A DNA stretch of 64,000 nt, from positions 9,549 to 73,548 of the forward strand of contig JAPLQF010000006.1 in assembly GCA_026399875.1 (NCBI GenBank), in the 5' to 3' direction. Positions 10,547-21,799 of this stretch are shown here, piece by piece; within the stretch, counting starts at the first letter, position 1; every line of letters begins with the position of its first letter. A program made the position numbers and the translations under genes. A model generated the notes under the pieces. It was not told the DNA's origin. It worked only from the letters and a program-made list of their open reading frames with translations, and made no database searches. The stretch comes from Burkholderiales bacterium (GTDB lineage: Bacteria; Pseudomonadota; Gammaproteobacteria; Burkholderiales; Burkholderiaceae_E).

Positions 10547-12628
10547 CTATTTTGCGGCGAGTTTTGTCAGCAGTGCCTTTTGCGAGACGACGATGCGCTG
10601 TCCGCGCGGCCGGCGACGCGTGTAGCCGCCACTCGCATCCATGACCCAGGCCGATGAATTGTCGCGCAGATGCACCGCAATACCTTCGGACAATACACGC
10701 GCCTTCAGACGCCGGTCGCGCACCGGAAAGGCCACCTCGACCCGACGAAAGAAGTTTCGCCCCATCCAGTCGGCAGATGCCAGCCAGACTTCATTGTCGC
10801 CGTCGGCATGAAAATGATAGATGCGGCTGTGCTCGAGAAAACGGCCGATCACCGACCTCACCCGAATATTGTCGGACAGCCCGGGCACCCCCGGGCGCAA
10901 GGCGCAGACGCCACGCACGATCAGGTCGATCTTGACGCCGGCCTGACTCGCTTCGTAGAGCGCTTCGATCAGCTTGGGCTCGAGCAAGGCATTGACCTTG
11001 GCGGCGATATAAGCCCTGCGCCCGGCGCGCGCGGTATCGGCCTCGGCACGGATCGCCTGCATCACATGTTCGGCCAGCGTAAACGGTGCCTGCAGCAATT
11101 GGCTCAGCGGCATGGCATGGCCGGCACCGGTGAGCCGGCGAAACACCTCGTTTACATCGGCGCAGATATCGGAATCGGCAGTAAACATGCCGAAGTCCTC
11201 GTAGATCCGCGCGGTGCGGGGATGGTAATTGCCGGTGCCCAGATGCGCATATCGGCGCAGACCGCCGTCTTCGCGGCGCAGCAGCAGGGTGAGCTTGGCA
11301 TGGGTCTTGTGGCCAACCACCCCATAAACCACATGCGCGCCGACCTCCTCGAGCCTTTGCGCCCAGTTGATGTTCGCCTCTTCATCGAAACGGGCCATCA
11401 GCTCGAGCACGACCGTGACCTCCTTGCCGGCCCGCGCGGCTGCGACCAGCGCCTCCATCAGGACCGAATCGGCGCCAGTGCGATAGATGGTCTGCTTGAT
11501 AGCAACCACCTTCGGATCGGTGGCCGCACTGCGCAGAAAGTCCATCACCGGCATGAAGGATTCATAGGGATGATGCAGCAGCACGTCCTGGCGGCGAATC
11601 GCATCGAAAAGATTGCGACCGACGAGCGGCAATGGCACACCGGGCTCGAAGCTCGGGAACTTCAGGTCGGGGCGATCGACCAGATCGATCACCTGCTGCA
11701 GCCTGACCAGATTGACCGGCCCATCGACGCGATAGCAATCGATGAGGCTGAGGTCGAACTCGCGCAGCAGTCGCTTGAGCATCCGATCATCAATGGCGCG
11801 CGAGACCTCCAGGCGGACTTCGTCGCCGTACTGACGCTGCGACAGCTCGGTATGCAGCGCCTGGCGAAGATCGGTGACCTCTTCCTCGTCGACGAACAGC
11901 TCGCTGTTGCGGGTGACGCGGAACTGGTTGACCGACTCGATGACCATGCCCGGAAAGAGCCGTTCGACAAAGCCGCCAACAATCGAGGTGAGCAGCATGA
12001 CGCCGTGCGGCGCGCCGGCAATCTCTCGCGGCACCCGGATCACCCGCGGCAGTGTGCGCGGCGCCTGCAGGATCGCAATGTCGGCCGGACGCCCGAAGGC
12101 ATCGATGCCCTCGAGTTCGATCACGAAATTCAAGCTCTTGTTGAGGATGCGCGGAAACGGATGCGCCGGATCGAGTGCAATCGGAGTGAGAAGGGGCTCG
12201 ATCTCCTCGACGAAGACCCGCTCGGCCCATTGTCTCTGGGCGTCGTTCCAGTTCGAGCTCAGCAGGATGACGATGCCCTGCTCGGCCAGCGCGGGGATGA
12301 GCGTCTTGTTGAGCAGTTCGTACTGTCGCGCCACCAGTCGACCGGCACGCTCGGACACCAGCCGAAGCGCATCGCCCACCGGCCCGCTGTCGAGCTGGGT
12401 CTCGGGGTCGGCCCGCATCAGCTCCTTGAGCTCGGCCACCCTCACCTCGAAGAGTTCATCGAGATTGTTGCTGACGATGGTGAGATAGCGCAGCCGCTCG
12501 AGCAGCGGAATCGCCAGATCTTCAGCCTGCGCCAGCACGCGTTCATTGAAGGCGAGGATGCCGATCTCGCGATTGAGCAGTCTCGTGGACGGCTTGTTAC
12601 CTGCATCAGGCAAGGCGTCTCTTGTCAT
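10547..12628 (-). CDS. ppk: polyphosphate kinase 1
   Basis: NREIGILAFNERVL at the N-terminus, HKD-like GHKTHAKLTLLLRRE and SADWMGRNFFRRVE. Start taken at MTRDALPD. Confidence 0.92.
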   Translation of the reverse strand: MTRDALPDAGNKPSTRLLNREIGILAFNERVLAQAEDLAIPLLERLRYLTIVSNNLDELFEVRVAELKELMRADPETQLDSGPVGDALRLVSERAGRLVARQYELLNKTLIPALAEQGIVILLSSNWNDAQRQWAERVFVEEIEPLLTPIALDPAHPFPRILNKSLNFVIELEGIDAFGRPADIAILQAPRTLPRVIRVPREIAGAPHGVMLLTSIVGGFVERLFPGMVIESVNQFRVTRNSELFVDEEEVTDLRQALHTELSQRQYGDEVRLEVSRAIDDRMLKRLLREFDLSLIDCYRVDGPVNLVRLQQVIDLVDRPDLKFPSFEPGVPLPLVGRNLFDAIRRQDVLLHHPYESFMPVMDFLRSAATDPKVVAIKQTIYRTGADSVLMEALVAAARAGKEVTVVLELMARFDEEANINWAQRLEEVGAHVVYGVVGHKTHAKLTLLLRREDGGLRRYAHLGTGNYHPRTARIYEDFGMFTADSDICADVNEVFRRLTGAGHAMPLSQLLQAPFTLAEHVMQAIRAEADTARAGRRAYIAAKVNALLEPKLIEALYEASQAGVKIDLIVRGVCALRPGVPGLSDNIRVRSVIGRFLEHSRIYHFHADGDNEVWLASADWMGRNFFRRVEVAFPVRDRRLKARVLSEGIAVHLRDNSSAWVMDASGGYTRRRPRGQRIVVSQKALLTKLAAK

Positions 12629-12738
12629 GTGAACCCGTCGGAAGGTCGTCTGTCTCGATCCTGCCCGATCGTCGTCGGGCGGGGCAGTGGCCAGAGTCTG
12701 AGCTTGCCGACTCCGGACTGTCGTCATTCTGCGGCAGA

Positions 12739-14244
12739 ATGATGTCAATGCCATTCTCCCATCTCCTTGCAGCCGTCGATCTCGGATCGAACAGTTTTCG
12801 ACTTGTCATCGGCAGGATCGAGTCCACGCTGGTGGGCGACCAGATCCGCCCGATCGATCAGATCAAGGAAACCGTGCGACTCGCCGCCGGGCTGAGCAGC
12901 ACCGGCACCTTGTCAGAACCAGCCCAGGAGCGCGCGATCGCGGCACTGCATCGCTTCGGCGAGCGGCTGCGAGCCTTTCGGCCCGACGCGGTTCGGGCGG
13001 TCGCCACCAACACCTTTCGGGTGGCAAGCCATACCCGGGCCTTTCTGGAGCGCTCACAAGAGGCCCTCGGTTTTCCGATCGAGGTGATCGCCGGACGCGA
13101 AGAGGCGCGGCTGATTTACCTGGGCGCAGCCCATGCATTGCCCACCGACAGCCAGCGGCGGCTGATCATCGATATCGGCGGCGGCTCGACCGAATGCATC
13201 ATCGGCACCGACTATCGCAGCGAGCTCCTTGAGTCGGTGCCTCTTGGCTGTGTCGGCCTGGCCAATCAGTACTTTCCCGACGGCAACATCGACCGCCACA
13301 ACTACCAGCGCGCGCGGCTGGCCTGTCGTGACGCGCTGTCGCCGCTGTCCAAGCTCTATCGTGAATTCGGCTGGCGAACCTCGATCGGCACTTCCGGGAC
13401 CGCCAAGACCCTGTGGCAGATCGCGCAGGTCGACTTCGGTGACTCACGCCTGACCGCCGATGCCCTGGCGATGATCGAAACAACGCTGCTGAAAGCCGGC
13501 CATGCCGATCGGCTGCGACTTGACGGCCTCAAGCCCGACCGGCGCCCGGTGATTGCCGGCGGTCTGGCGATGATGAGCGCGGCCTTCGAAGAGTTCGGTA
13601 TCGAATCGATGGACTACTGCGACGGCGCTTTGCGCGAAGGCGTTCTCTACGATCTGCTCGGACGCTCGACCGGTGCCGACACGCGCAGCGTCACGGTCGC
13701 CCAGATGATCCGCCGCTACGCCCTCGACGAGCGCTACGGGCAGGCGGTCGCCTCGCTCGCCACAGCCTTCTATCGCGATGCAGTGCGTGCGTCGGATGAC
13801 GAGATCGCGCGCAGCACGCGAATGCTGGCCTGGGCGGCGCAACTGTGCGAGACCGGCATGTCGATTGCCCATGCCGACTATCACAAGCACGGCGGCTACA
13901 TCCTGAGCCACTGCGACATGCCGGGCTTCTCGGAAGACGAGCAGACCCTGATCGCCAACCTGGTGCTTGGCCAGACCGGTGGCCTGACCAAGCTCAAGTC
14001 CTGTCTGTTCGGGCAAAACGAATGGGTGATGGTGCTGTGCCTGCGACTGGCGGTGATCTTCCATCGGCGACGCGACGGACAGCTTCCCCCATCGGTCAAA
14101 CTGCGGGTCAAGAGCAGCGGCGGGCGAATCGAACTCGACTCGACATGGGCCGACGATCATCCGCTGACCAACCAGTCGCTGCAGTTCGAATCTGCCGAAT
14201 GGAGCAAAGCCGGCCCCTGGGGGCTGAACTACCTGCTGAACTGA
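12739..14244 (+). CDS. ppx: exopolyphosphatase (Ppx/GppA family)
   Basis: AAVDLGSNSFRLVIG, IDIGGGSTE and a C-terminal HD-like region. Divergent from ppk. The exact ATG (12739, 12742 or 12748) is uncertain. Confidence 0.88.
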   Translation: MMSMPFSHLLAAVDLGSNSFRLVIGRIESTLVGDQIRPIDQIKETVRLAAGLSSTGTLSEPAQERAIAALHRFGERLRAFRPDAVRAVATNTFRVASHTRAFLERSQEALGFPIEVIAGREEARLIYLGAAHALPTDSQRRLIIDIGGGSTECIIGTDYRSELLESVPLGCVGLANQYFPDGNIDRHNYQRARLACRDALSPLSKLYREFGWRTSIGTSGTAKTLWQIAQVDFGDSRLTADALAMIETTLLKAGHADRLRLDGLKPDRRPVIAGGLAMMSAAFEEFGIESMDYCDGALREGVLYDLLGRSTGADTRSVTVAQMIRRYALDERYGQAVASLATAFYRDAVRASDDEIARSTRMLAWAAQLCETGMSIAHADYHKHGGYILSHCDMPGFSEDEQTLIANLVLGQTGGLTKLKSCLFGQNEWVMVLCLRLAVIFHRRRDGQLPPSVKLRVKSSGGRIELDSTWADDHPLTNQSLQFESAEWSKAGPWGLNYLLN

Positions 14245-14315
14245 GAAGCGATGAAAAAAGATCAGATGAAACCAGCGCGGTTATCGAACGAGGCGTGACA
14301 GAAACGCCAGGCAGC

Positions 14316-15647
<1,332 letters not shown>

Positions 15648-15714
15648 CGGCAAAGACCGCGACGCGCGCGGCGCCGGACTGCGCACGCCGGCCTTGCCGC
15701 GCGGCGCGCCGGAT

Positions 15715-17028
15715 TCAGGGTTTCGCTTCACCGGCACCCACGATCACCGTGACCAGCCGCTCGGGAAACACCTTGCGCCCGAAGGCCTCGCGGACCTGCG
15801 AGGCGGTGACCTGCTCGATCTGATCGGTCCAGCGCTCGAGATAGTCGAGCGGCAACCGATACCAGCCGATGTTCGCGATGTTGTCGAGGATCTTGCGGTT
15901 CGAGTCGATGCGCAGGGCAAAGCCGCCGACCAGATTCTGCTTGGCCGCCACGAGTTCGGCGTCGGTCGGCCCCTCGCGCACGAAGCGCTCGAGGGTCTGA
16001 CGGACCACCGCCAGCGCCTCATCGGTCTGGGACTTGCGGGTCTGCAGGCCGACCGCAAACGGGCCGGGCTGCATCATCGGTGAAAAATAGGAGTAGACAC
16101 TGTAGGACAGCCCACGTTTTTCGCGCACCTCGGCGGTCAGCCGCGATACGAAACCGCCGCCGCCCAGCACATAGTTGCCGACAAACAGCGGGAAGAAATC
16201 GGGGTCGGAGCGCGCCATGGCGGGCGCGCCGATCACGATATGGCTCTGGGTAGCCGGATGGGGAATGCGTCGCTCGACCGCAGCGGGAGCCTCGACCGGC
16301 GGCATTGGCGCCGGTGTCACTCCCTGCGGCAGATCGCGGGTGAGCTGCTCGGCAATCGCTTCGGCACGGGCGCGATCGATGGCTCCGACAATCGACACGA
16401 CCGCGCGGTTGGCGCCGAAATAGCGGCGATGAAAATCGACCAGATCATCGCGGGTGATGGCCGCGATCGTTTCGGGAAGCGGATCGCGCCCGTAGGGATG
16501 CCTGGGGTAGATCAGCTCGCTGAAGGTGCGCTGGGCAATGGCATCGGGCTTGACTGCCGCTTCGCGCAGCCCCTGGATCACCCGCTCGCGCTCGCGCTGC
16601 AGCGGCGCCTCGGGAAAGGTCGGCTGCGAGACCAGCTTTGCGAGCAGCGCGACTGCAGCATCGAGTTCGCGCGGGCTGGTCAGGGTTCGCAAGGATGCGC
16701 TGGCCCGATCGTCACCGGCACCGGCGCCCTGGCTGGCACCGATATCGGCCAGACGTTCGGCGAGCGCGGCTTCATCAAGGCCGGCCACGCCTCGCGCCAG
16801 CGTGCCGGCGGTCATCGCGGCCAGGCCCGACTTGGCCGGCGGATCGTGGCGGGCACCGGCATCGAAATCGATGCTGATGTCGAGCATCGGAATCGAATCG
16901 GCCCGCACGAAATAGACCCGCGTACCGCGTGAACTGACCCAATGCTCGATCGGCAGCACCGCGCTGGCCAACGGTGCCCAAAGCAGCAGGGTCAGGAGAA
17001 AAAGGGGTCGAATGAATGCGGCTCGCAT
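15715..17028 (-). CDS. M16-family peptidase, non-catalytic-type subunit (no HxxEH)
   Basis: Signal peptide plus M16 fold-like sequence, but no HxxEH zinc motif. Paired with the catalytic M16 gene upstream. Confidence 0.75.
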   Translation of the reverse strand: MRAAFIRPLFLLTLLLWAPLASAVLPIEHWVSSRGTRVYFVRADSIPMLDISIDFDAGARHDPPAKSGLAAMTAGTLARGVAGLDEAALAERLADIGASQGAGAGDDRASASLRTLTSPRELDAAVALLAKLVSQPTFPEAPLQRERERVIQGLREAAVKPDAIAQRTFSELIYPRHPYGRDPLPETIAAITRDDLVDFHRRYFGANRAVVSIVGAIDRARAEAIAEQLTRDLPQGVTPAPMPPVEAPAAVERRIPHPATQSHIVIGAPAMARSDPDFFPLFVGNYVLGGGGFVSRLTAEVREKRGLSYSVYSYFSPMMQPGPFAVGLQTRKSQTDEALAVVRQTLERFVREGPTDAELVAAKQNLVGGFALRIDSNRKILDNIANIGWYRLPLDYLERWTDQIEQVTASQVREAFGRKVFPERLVTVIVGAGEAKP

Positions 17029-17032
17029 GGTG

Positions 17033-18448
17033 TCAGTGCCTCAGACCGGCCGGGGCGGCGGCGGGCTTTGCGGGGTCAATCGGCTGCGGCAGCAGCGTTG
17101 CAATCGTGAGGGCTTGGTCGCCGAAATAGCGCGCTGCCACGGCCTTGACTTCCTCGACCGTGACCGAGCGGACCTTCTCGAGGATTCGGTCGGCGTCGCG
17201 ATAGGACAGGCCGGTGATTTCGAGGCCGGCAATCTCCATGGCCTGCCCGAAGACCGAGTCGCGCTTGTAGACCTGACCGGCGACATACTGCACCTTGACC
17301 CGGTCGAGCTCTGTCTGCGGCACCCCCTCGACGGCGATGCGGGCGATCTCGGCGCGCAGCGCAGCCTCGACCTCGGCAGTGGTGTGACCGACGGCCGGCG
17401 TGCCGTCGAGCACGAAAACCGCCGGGCCGCGTTGAGTCATGTCGTAGCCGGCACCGGCCTGATTGGCCACCCGCGATCCGCGCACGATGTTGCGGGTATA
17501 GCGGGTGCTGGCGCCGCCATCGAGCAGGGTCGAGAGCACCTCGAGCGCATAGGGATCGCGAGAGCCTTCGATCGATTCGAGCCGGGGCACGTGAAATGCC
17601 ATGGCGACATAAGGATTCTCGGCCGGCGCCTTGACCTCGATGCGGCGCAAGCCGCGCTGCGGGGGTTCGGTTTGCGGTTTGCGGGCAGGCACTGCCTTGC
17701 TCGCAATGCCACCATAGTACTTTTCGGCCAGGGCAAAAACCGCCTCGGGCTCGACGTCGCCGGCCACGATGACGGTGGCATTGCCGGGCGCATACCAGGC
17801 GTCATACCAGGCGCGCGCATCGGCAGACGTCATCGATTCGAGGTCGCTCATCCAGCCGACCACCGGATAACGGTAGGGATGGGCGGTGAAGGTGGTGGCA
17901 AGGAGCTGCTCGTAGACCAGCGCCTTGGCACTGTCTTCGGTACGCAGCCGCCGTTCCTCCATGACCACCTTGATCTCTTTGGCAAACTCGTCGTCCGACA
18001 GCTTGAGATTGACCATGCGGTCGGCTTCGAGCGCCATGACGTCGGCCAGGCGCGACTTGTGGACCTGCTGAAAGTAGCCGGTGTAATCGCGCGAGGTGAA
18101 CGCATTTTCGCGCCCTCCCATGGCCGCCACCCGCCGCGAAAACTCGCCGGGCGCCAGCGACTCGGTGCCCTTGAACATCATGTGCTCGAGGACATGGGCG
18201 ACGCCGGTGCGGCCATTGACTTCGTCCATCGATCCGGCGCGATACCAGACCATATGGGCGACCGTGGGCGCGCGCCGGTCGGGCTTGACCAGCACCTTCA
18301 ATCCGTTGGGAAAGCTGCGCTCGACAACCTGCTGAGAGGCTCGAGCAGATGCCGGCTGCGGGGGCGGGGCGGCGTTTTGTGCAGCGACCAGGGGGCAGGC
18401 CGTCGTCAGCAGCCAGGCGACGGCAAGTTGCATGAAAGATCGGGTCAT
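17033..18448 (-). CDS. M16-family zinc peptidase (pitrilysin-like)
   Basis: HVLEHMMFKGT (HxxEH) and the signal peptide MTRSFMQLAVAWLLTTACPLVAA. Start taken at ATG 18448. Confidence 0.85.
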   Translation of the reverse strand: MTRSFMQLAVAWLLTTACPLVAAQNAAPPPQPASARASQQVVERSFPNGLKVLVKPDRRAPTVAHMVWYRAGSMDEVNGRTGVAHVLEHMMFKGTESLAPGEFSRRVAAMGGRENAFTSRDYTGYFQQVHKSRLADVMALEADRMVNLKLSDDEFAKEIKVVMEERRLRTEDSAKALVYEQLLATTFTAHPYRYPVVGWMSDLESMTSADARAWYDAWYAPGNATVIVAGDVEPEAVFALAEKYYGGIASKAVPARKPQTEPPQRGLRRIEVKAPAENPYVAMAFHVPRLESIEGSRDPYALEVLSTLLDGGASTRYTRNIVRGSRVANQAGAGYDMTQRGPAVFVLDGTPAVGHTTAEVEAALRAEIARIAVEGVPQTELDRVKVQYVAGQVYKRDSVFGQAMEIAGLEITGLSYRDADRILEKVRSVTVEEVKAVAARYFGDQALTIATLLPQPIDPAKPAAAPAGLRH

Positions 18449-18522
18449 TGCGGCGGCGTAGAATCGGGGGCTCGAGTGTACCCCGCCGCCCGCTGGCGCC
18501 TTTGCATCGCCACCCCTTCGAC

Positions 18523-19635
18523 ATGTTCGGATTCTTTCGCCGCAACAAGCCTGCGCCGGCCCAGCCGCCGGGGCCATCCTCCGAAACGCCGCCAGAGTCG
18601 TCGACTGCGGCGGCGCTGATCGCGCCGGCTGCAGGCGACACCGATGTCGCGGCAAGCGAAGCGGCTGCGATCGGTTGGCAACCCGCCACCACAGACGCTG
18701 CCGAGGCCGTCCCGCAGGCACCATCCGACCGTCGCCCCTGGCTTGCGCGCCTCAAACAGGGTCTGTCGCGCACCCGCGGCAGCATCGCGGTGATCTTTAC
18801 CGGCGTCAAGATTGACGAGGCACTTTACGAAGACCTCGAGACCGCACTGCTGTCGGGCGACACCGGCGTCGAGACCACCCAGTGGCTGCTCACCGCACTG
18901 CGTGAGAAGGTCCGCAAGGAAAAGCTCACCGACACCGCGCAGGTCAAGGCCGCGCTGCGCGGGCTGCTGGTCGGGCTGCTCGCGCCGCTCGAACGGCCCA
19001 TCGACATCGACCAGGCCAGTCCGCTGGTCATGATGATTGCCGGTGTCAACGGCGCCGGCAAAACCACCTCGATCGGCAAACTCGCCCGCCATCTGCACGG
19101 CGAAGGCAAATCGGTGCTGCTTGCCGCCGGCGACACCTTCCGGGCGGCCGCACGCGAGCAGCTCGCCCAGTGGGGCAGCCGCAATCAGGTCGATGTGATT
19201 GCCCAGGAAGGCGGCGACCCGGGCGCAGTCGCCTTCGATGCGGTCGCAGCCGGGCGGGCTCGCGGCACAGGCGTCGTGATGGTCGATACCGCCGGCCGTC
19301 TGCCCACCCAAACCCACCTGATGGAAGAGCTGAAAAAGATCCGGCGGGTCATCGGCAAAGCCATGGACGGCGCACCCCACGAGGTGCTGCTGGTGCTCGA
19401 CGGCAATACCGGCCAGAACATGCTGGCGCAGGTCAAGGCCTTCGATGACGCGGTGCAGCTCACCGGCCTGATCGTCACCAAGCTCGACGGCACCGCGCGC
19501 GGCGGTGCACTGGTCGCGCTGGCCCATACCCGTCGCGACCGGCCGATTCCGATCTGCTTCATCGGCGTGGGCGAGGGCATCGACGACCTGCAGGCTTTTT
19601 CTGCCGACGAATTCGCGGGCGCACTGATCGACTGA
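18523..19635 (+). CDS. ftsY: signal recognition particle receptor
   Basis: GVNGAGKTTSIGKLA, DTAGRL and TKLDGTARGG, with an Ala/Pro-rich N-terminal domain. Start taken at MFGFFRRNK. Confidence 0.93.
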   Translation: MFGFFRRNKPAPAQPPGPSSETPPESSTAAALIAPAAGDTDVAASEAAAIGWQPATTDAAEAVPQAPSDRRPWLARLKQGLSRTRGSIAVIFTGVKIDEALYEDLETALLSGDTGVETTQWLLTALREKVRKEKLTDTAQVKAALRGLLVGLLAPLERPIDIDQASPLVMMIAGVNGAGKTTSIGKLARHLHGEGKSVLLAAGDTFRAAAREQLAQWGSRNQVDVIAQEGGDPGAVAFDAVAAGRARGTGVVMVDTAGRLPTQTHLMEELKKIRRVIGKAMDGAPHEVLLVLDGNTGQNMLAQVKAFDDAVQLTGLIVTKLDGTARGGALVALAHTRRDRPIPICFIGVGEGIDDLQAFSADEFAGALID

Positions 19636-19707
19636 CTCCGGTACGACGACGCAGGCCACCCGACTCAGTTCTCCCAATTCAGCCACCGACTTCAGCCACC
19701 CACCTCA

Positions 19708-20502
19708 ATGAGCCAATTCGACGACGAAACCCGACTCACCGCCCTTGGCGACGGTGCCTTCGAAGGCCAGGTGTCTCCCGACTGGAGCATCGGCAGCAAT
19801 CCCAACGGCGGCTATCTGCTTGCCCTGGCCGCCAAGTCCATCGCAGCGCTGACGCCCGAGCATCCCGATCCGCTGAGCATCACCGTGCACTACCTGCGCC
19901 CGGGCCTGGGCAGCCAGCCTTTTCGAATTCATGCGCAGGTCTTGCGCAGCGGCCGGCAACTGAGCACCTGCCGGGCGACGCTGATGCAGGACGACAGCGC
20001 CCGCATCGAAGTAATGGCAGCCTTCGGCAATCTGGGTGCCGGCGCGCCGGCAGTGATCGAGCCACCCGCCCCCGCCATTGCGCCGCCCGAGCAGTGCATC
20101 CCGCGCTCGGGCGACCAGCAGGGCATCAAGCTGCCGATCATGGATCGCCTCGATATCCGTCTGCATCCCGATGAAGTGCAAACAAAAGTCGGCGGACGGG
20201 CCCAGATCACCGGCTGGATCCGCTTCAAGGACGCCCGCGCTCCCGACCCAATCGCCGCACTGCTGTTTGCCGACGCGTTCCCGCCCTCGGTCTTCGGTCG
20301 GATCGGTGCCACCGGATGGGTGCCGACGGTCGAGCTGACCGTGCACCTGCGCAGGCGCCCGGCGCCCGGCTGGATCCTCGGGCAATTCCGTACCGGCGAC
20401 CTGGCCGACGGCCGCATGATCGAAGACGGCATGCTCTGGGACGCCAACGGGCGGCTGATCGCGCAGTCCCGGCAGCTGGCGCTGGTGAGACAGCCGGGCT
20501 GA
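19708..20502 (+). CDS. acyl-CoA thioesterase-like (double hot-dog) protein
   Basis: NPNGGYLLALAAKS and LSITVHYLRPG..RSGRQLST, reminiscent of TesB-like/4HBT_3 proteins. Confidence 0.55.
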   Translation: MSQFDDETRLTALGDGAFEGQVSPDWSIGSNPNGGYLLALAAKSIAALTPEHPDPLSITVHYLRPGLGSQPFRIHAQVLRSGRQLSTCRATLMQDDSARIEVMAAFGNLGAGAPAVIEPPAPAIAPPEQCIPRSGDQQGIKLPIMDRLDIRLHPDEVQTKVGGRAQITGWIRFKDARAPDPIAALLFADAFPPSVFGRIGATGWVPTVELTVHLRRRPAPGWILGQFRTGDLADGRMIEDGMLWDANGRLIAQSRQLALVRQPG

Positions 20503-20563
20503 TTTCCCTGCGCCCCACCCTGTCCTGCCCCGGACCGACAACAACAATGACGAGGAGACCACG

Positions 20564-21676
20564 ATGACGACCCAAGCCCTTTTTGCCCCCCTCAAAGTCG
20601 GGCCCTATACCCTGAGCCATCGGGTGGTGATGGCGCCGCTCACGCGGATGCGCGCCACCACGCCCGGCAATGTGGCCAATGCACTCAATGCCGAGTACTA
20701 CCGCCAGCGCGCCTCGGAGGGCGGGCTGATCATCGCCGAAGCCTCGCAGGTGCTGGCCTCGGGCCAGGGCGCACCAGCCACCCCGGGCATCCACACTGCC
20801 GCGCAGGTCGAGGGCTGGAAAGGCGTGACCGCCGCGGTGCATTCGCGCGGCGGCAAGATCTTCCTGCAGCTGTGGCACGTCGGGCGGATTTCGCATTCGT
20901 CGCATCAGCCGGGCGGCGCACTGCCGATCGCACCCTCGGCCATCGCCGCCAACGGCAAAGCGATGAGCGCGAGCTTCGAGCGCGTGCCGCTCGAGACGCC
21001 CAGGGCACTCGAGACCCATGAAATCCCCGGCATCATCGAAGGCTATGCCCAGGCGGCCCGCAATGCGATGCAGGCCGGGTTCGACGGCGTCGAGATTCAC
21101 TCGGCCAACGGCTATCTGCTCGAACAGTTCATGCAGTCGCGCAGTAACCAGCGCACCGACGCCTATGGCGGTTCGATCGAAAACCGGGTGCGGCTGTCGC
21201 TCGAGGTCACCCGTGCGGTCGCCGCAGTCTGGGGGCCCGAGCGTGTCGGCATCCGGCTGTCGCCCTATGGCGTCGCCAACGACAGCGGCGAGGACGATCC
21301 GATGCCGCTCTACTCGCACATCATCGGCGAGCTCGACAAACTCGGACTGGCCTATCTTCACCTGATCGAGCCGCGCTCAAGCGGCGCCGGCTCGGGCGAA
21401 GTCGATCATCAGAACGTGCCCTCGGCCTGCGCCCTGTTCCGGCCGGCCTGGCACGGTGTGCTCATGACCGCAGGCAATTTCAAGGCCGACACCGCCGCCG
21501 AGACGGTCGCCAGGGGCGATGCCGACGCGATTGCATTCGGGCGCTACTTCATTTCCAACCCCGACCTGCCCGAGCGAATCCGGCAGCAGGCGGCCTTCAC
21601 GCCCTACAACCGGCCGACGTTTTATGGCGGCGGCGAGCAGGGCTATACCGATTACGCACCGCTGGGCAAGGATTGA
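20564..21676 (+). CDS. NADH:flavin oxidoreductase, Old Yellow Enzyme family (NemA-like)
   Basis: LFAPLKVGPYTLSHRVVMAPLTRMRA, HSANGYLLEQF and GRYFISNPDLPERI. Confidence 0.88.
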   Translation: MTTQALFAPLKVGPYTLSHRVVMAPLTRMRATTPGNVANALNAEYYRQRASEGGLIIAEASQVLASGQGAPATPGIHTAAQVEGWKGVTAAVHSRGGKIFLQLWHVGRISHSSHQPGGALPIAPSAIAANGKAMSASFERVPLETPRALETHEIPGIIEGYAQAARNAMQAGFDGVEIHSANGYLLEQFMQSRSNQRTDAYGGSIENRVRLSLEVTRAVAAVWGPERVGIRLSPYGVANDSGEDDPMPLYSHIIGELDKLGLAYLHLIEPRSSGAGSGEVDHQNVPSACALFRPAWHGVLMTAGNFKADTAAETVARGDADAIAFGRYFISNPDLPERIRQQAAFTPYNRPTFYGGGEQGYTDYAPLGKD

Positions 21677-21799
21677 CTGACGATGGCGCGTAAACTGGGT
21701 TTTTGTATGACCCAGTCCTGCACCGCACTGCTGCACCACACTTGTTGCACCACACTGAGCGGTTCGTCTGACTGAGCGATCTTTCGATCCGGAGACACC

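Noticed and set aside
9098-10657. 519-aa ORF antisense to the ThDP enzyme. Similar long shadow ORFs occur at 17012-18619, 18445-19686, 39085-40170, 43403-44308, 44145-45320, 48216-49610, 49697-50863, 55857-57164, 57191-58300 and 58480-59595.
   Set aside because: Each one overlaps a motif-rich CDS on the other strand and translates to Arg/Gly/Pro/His-rich sequence without domain signatures.
10670-12742. 690-aa ORF on the plus strand, antisense to ppk
   Set aside because: The translation is low-complexity (Arg/Gly/His/Asp rich) with no recognisable motif, whereas the opposite strand encodes an unmistakable polyphosphate kinase. This is a typical shadow ORF of GC-rich DNA.
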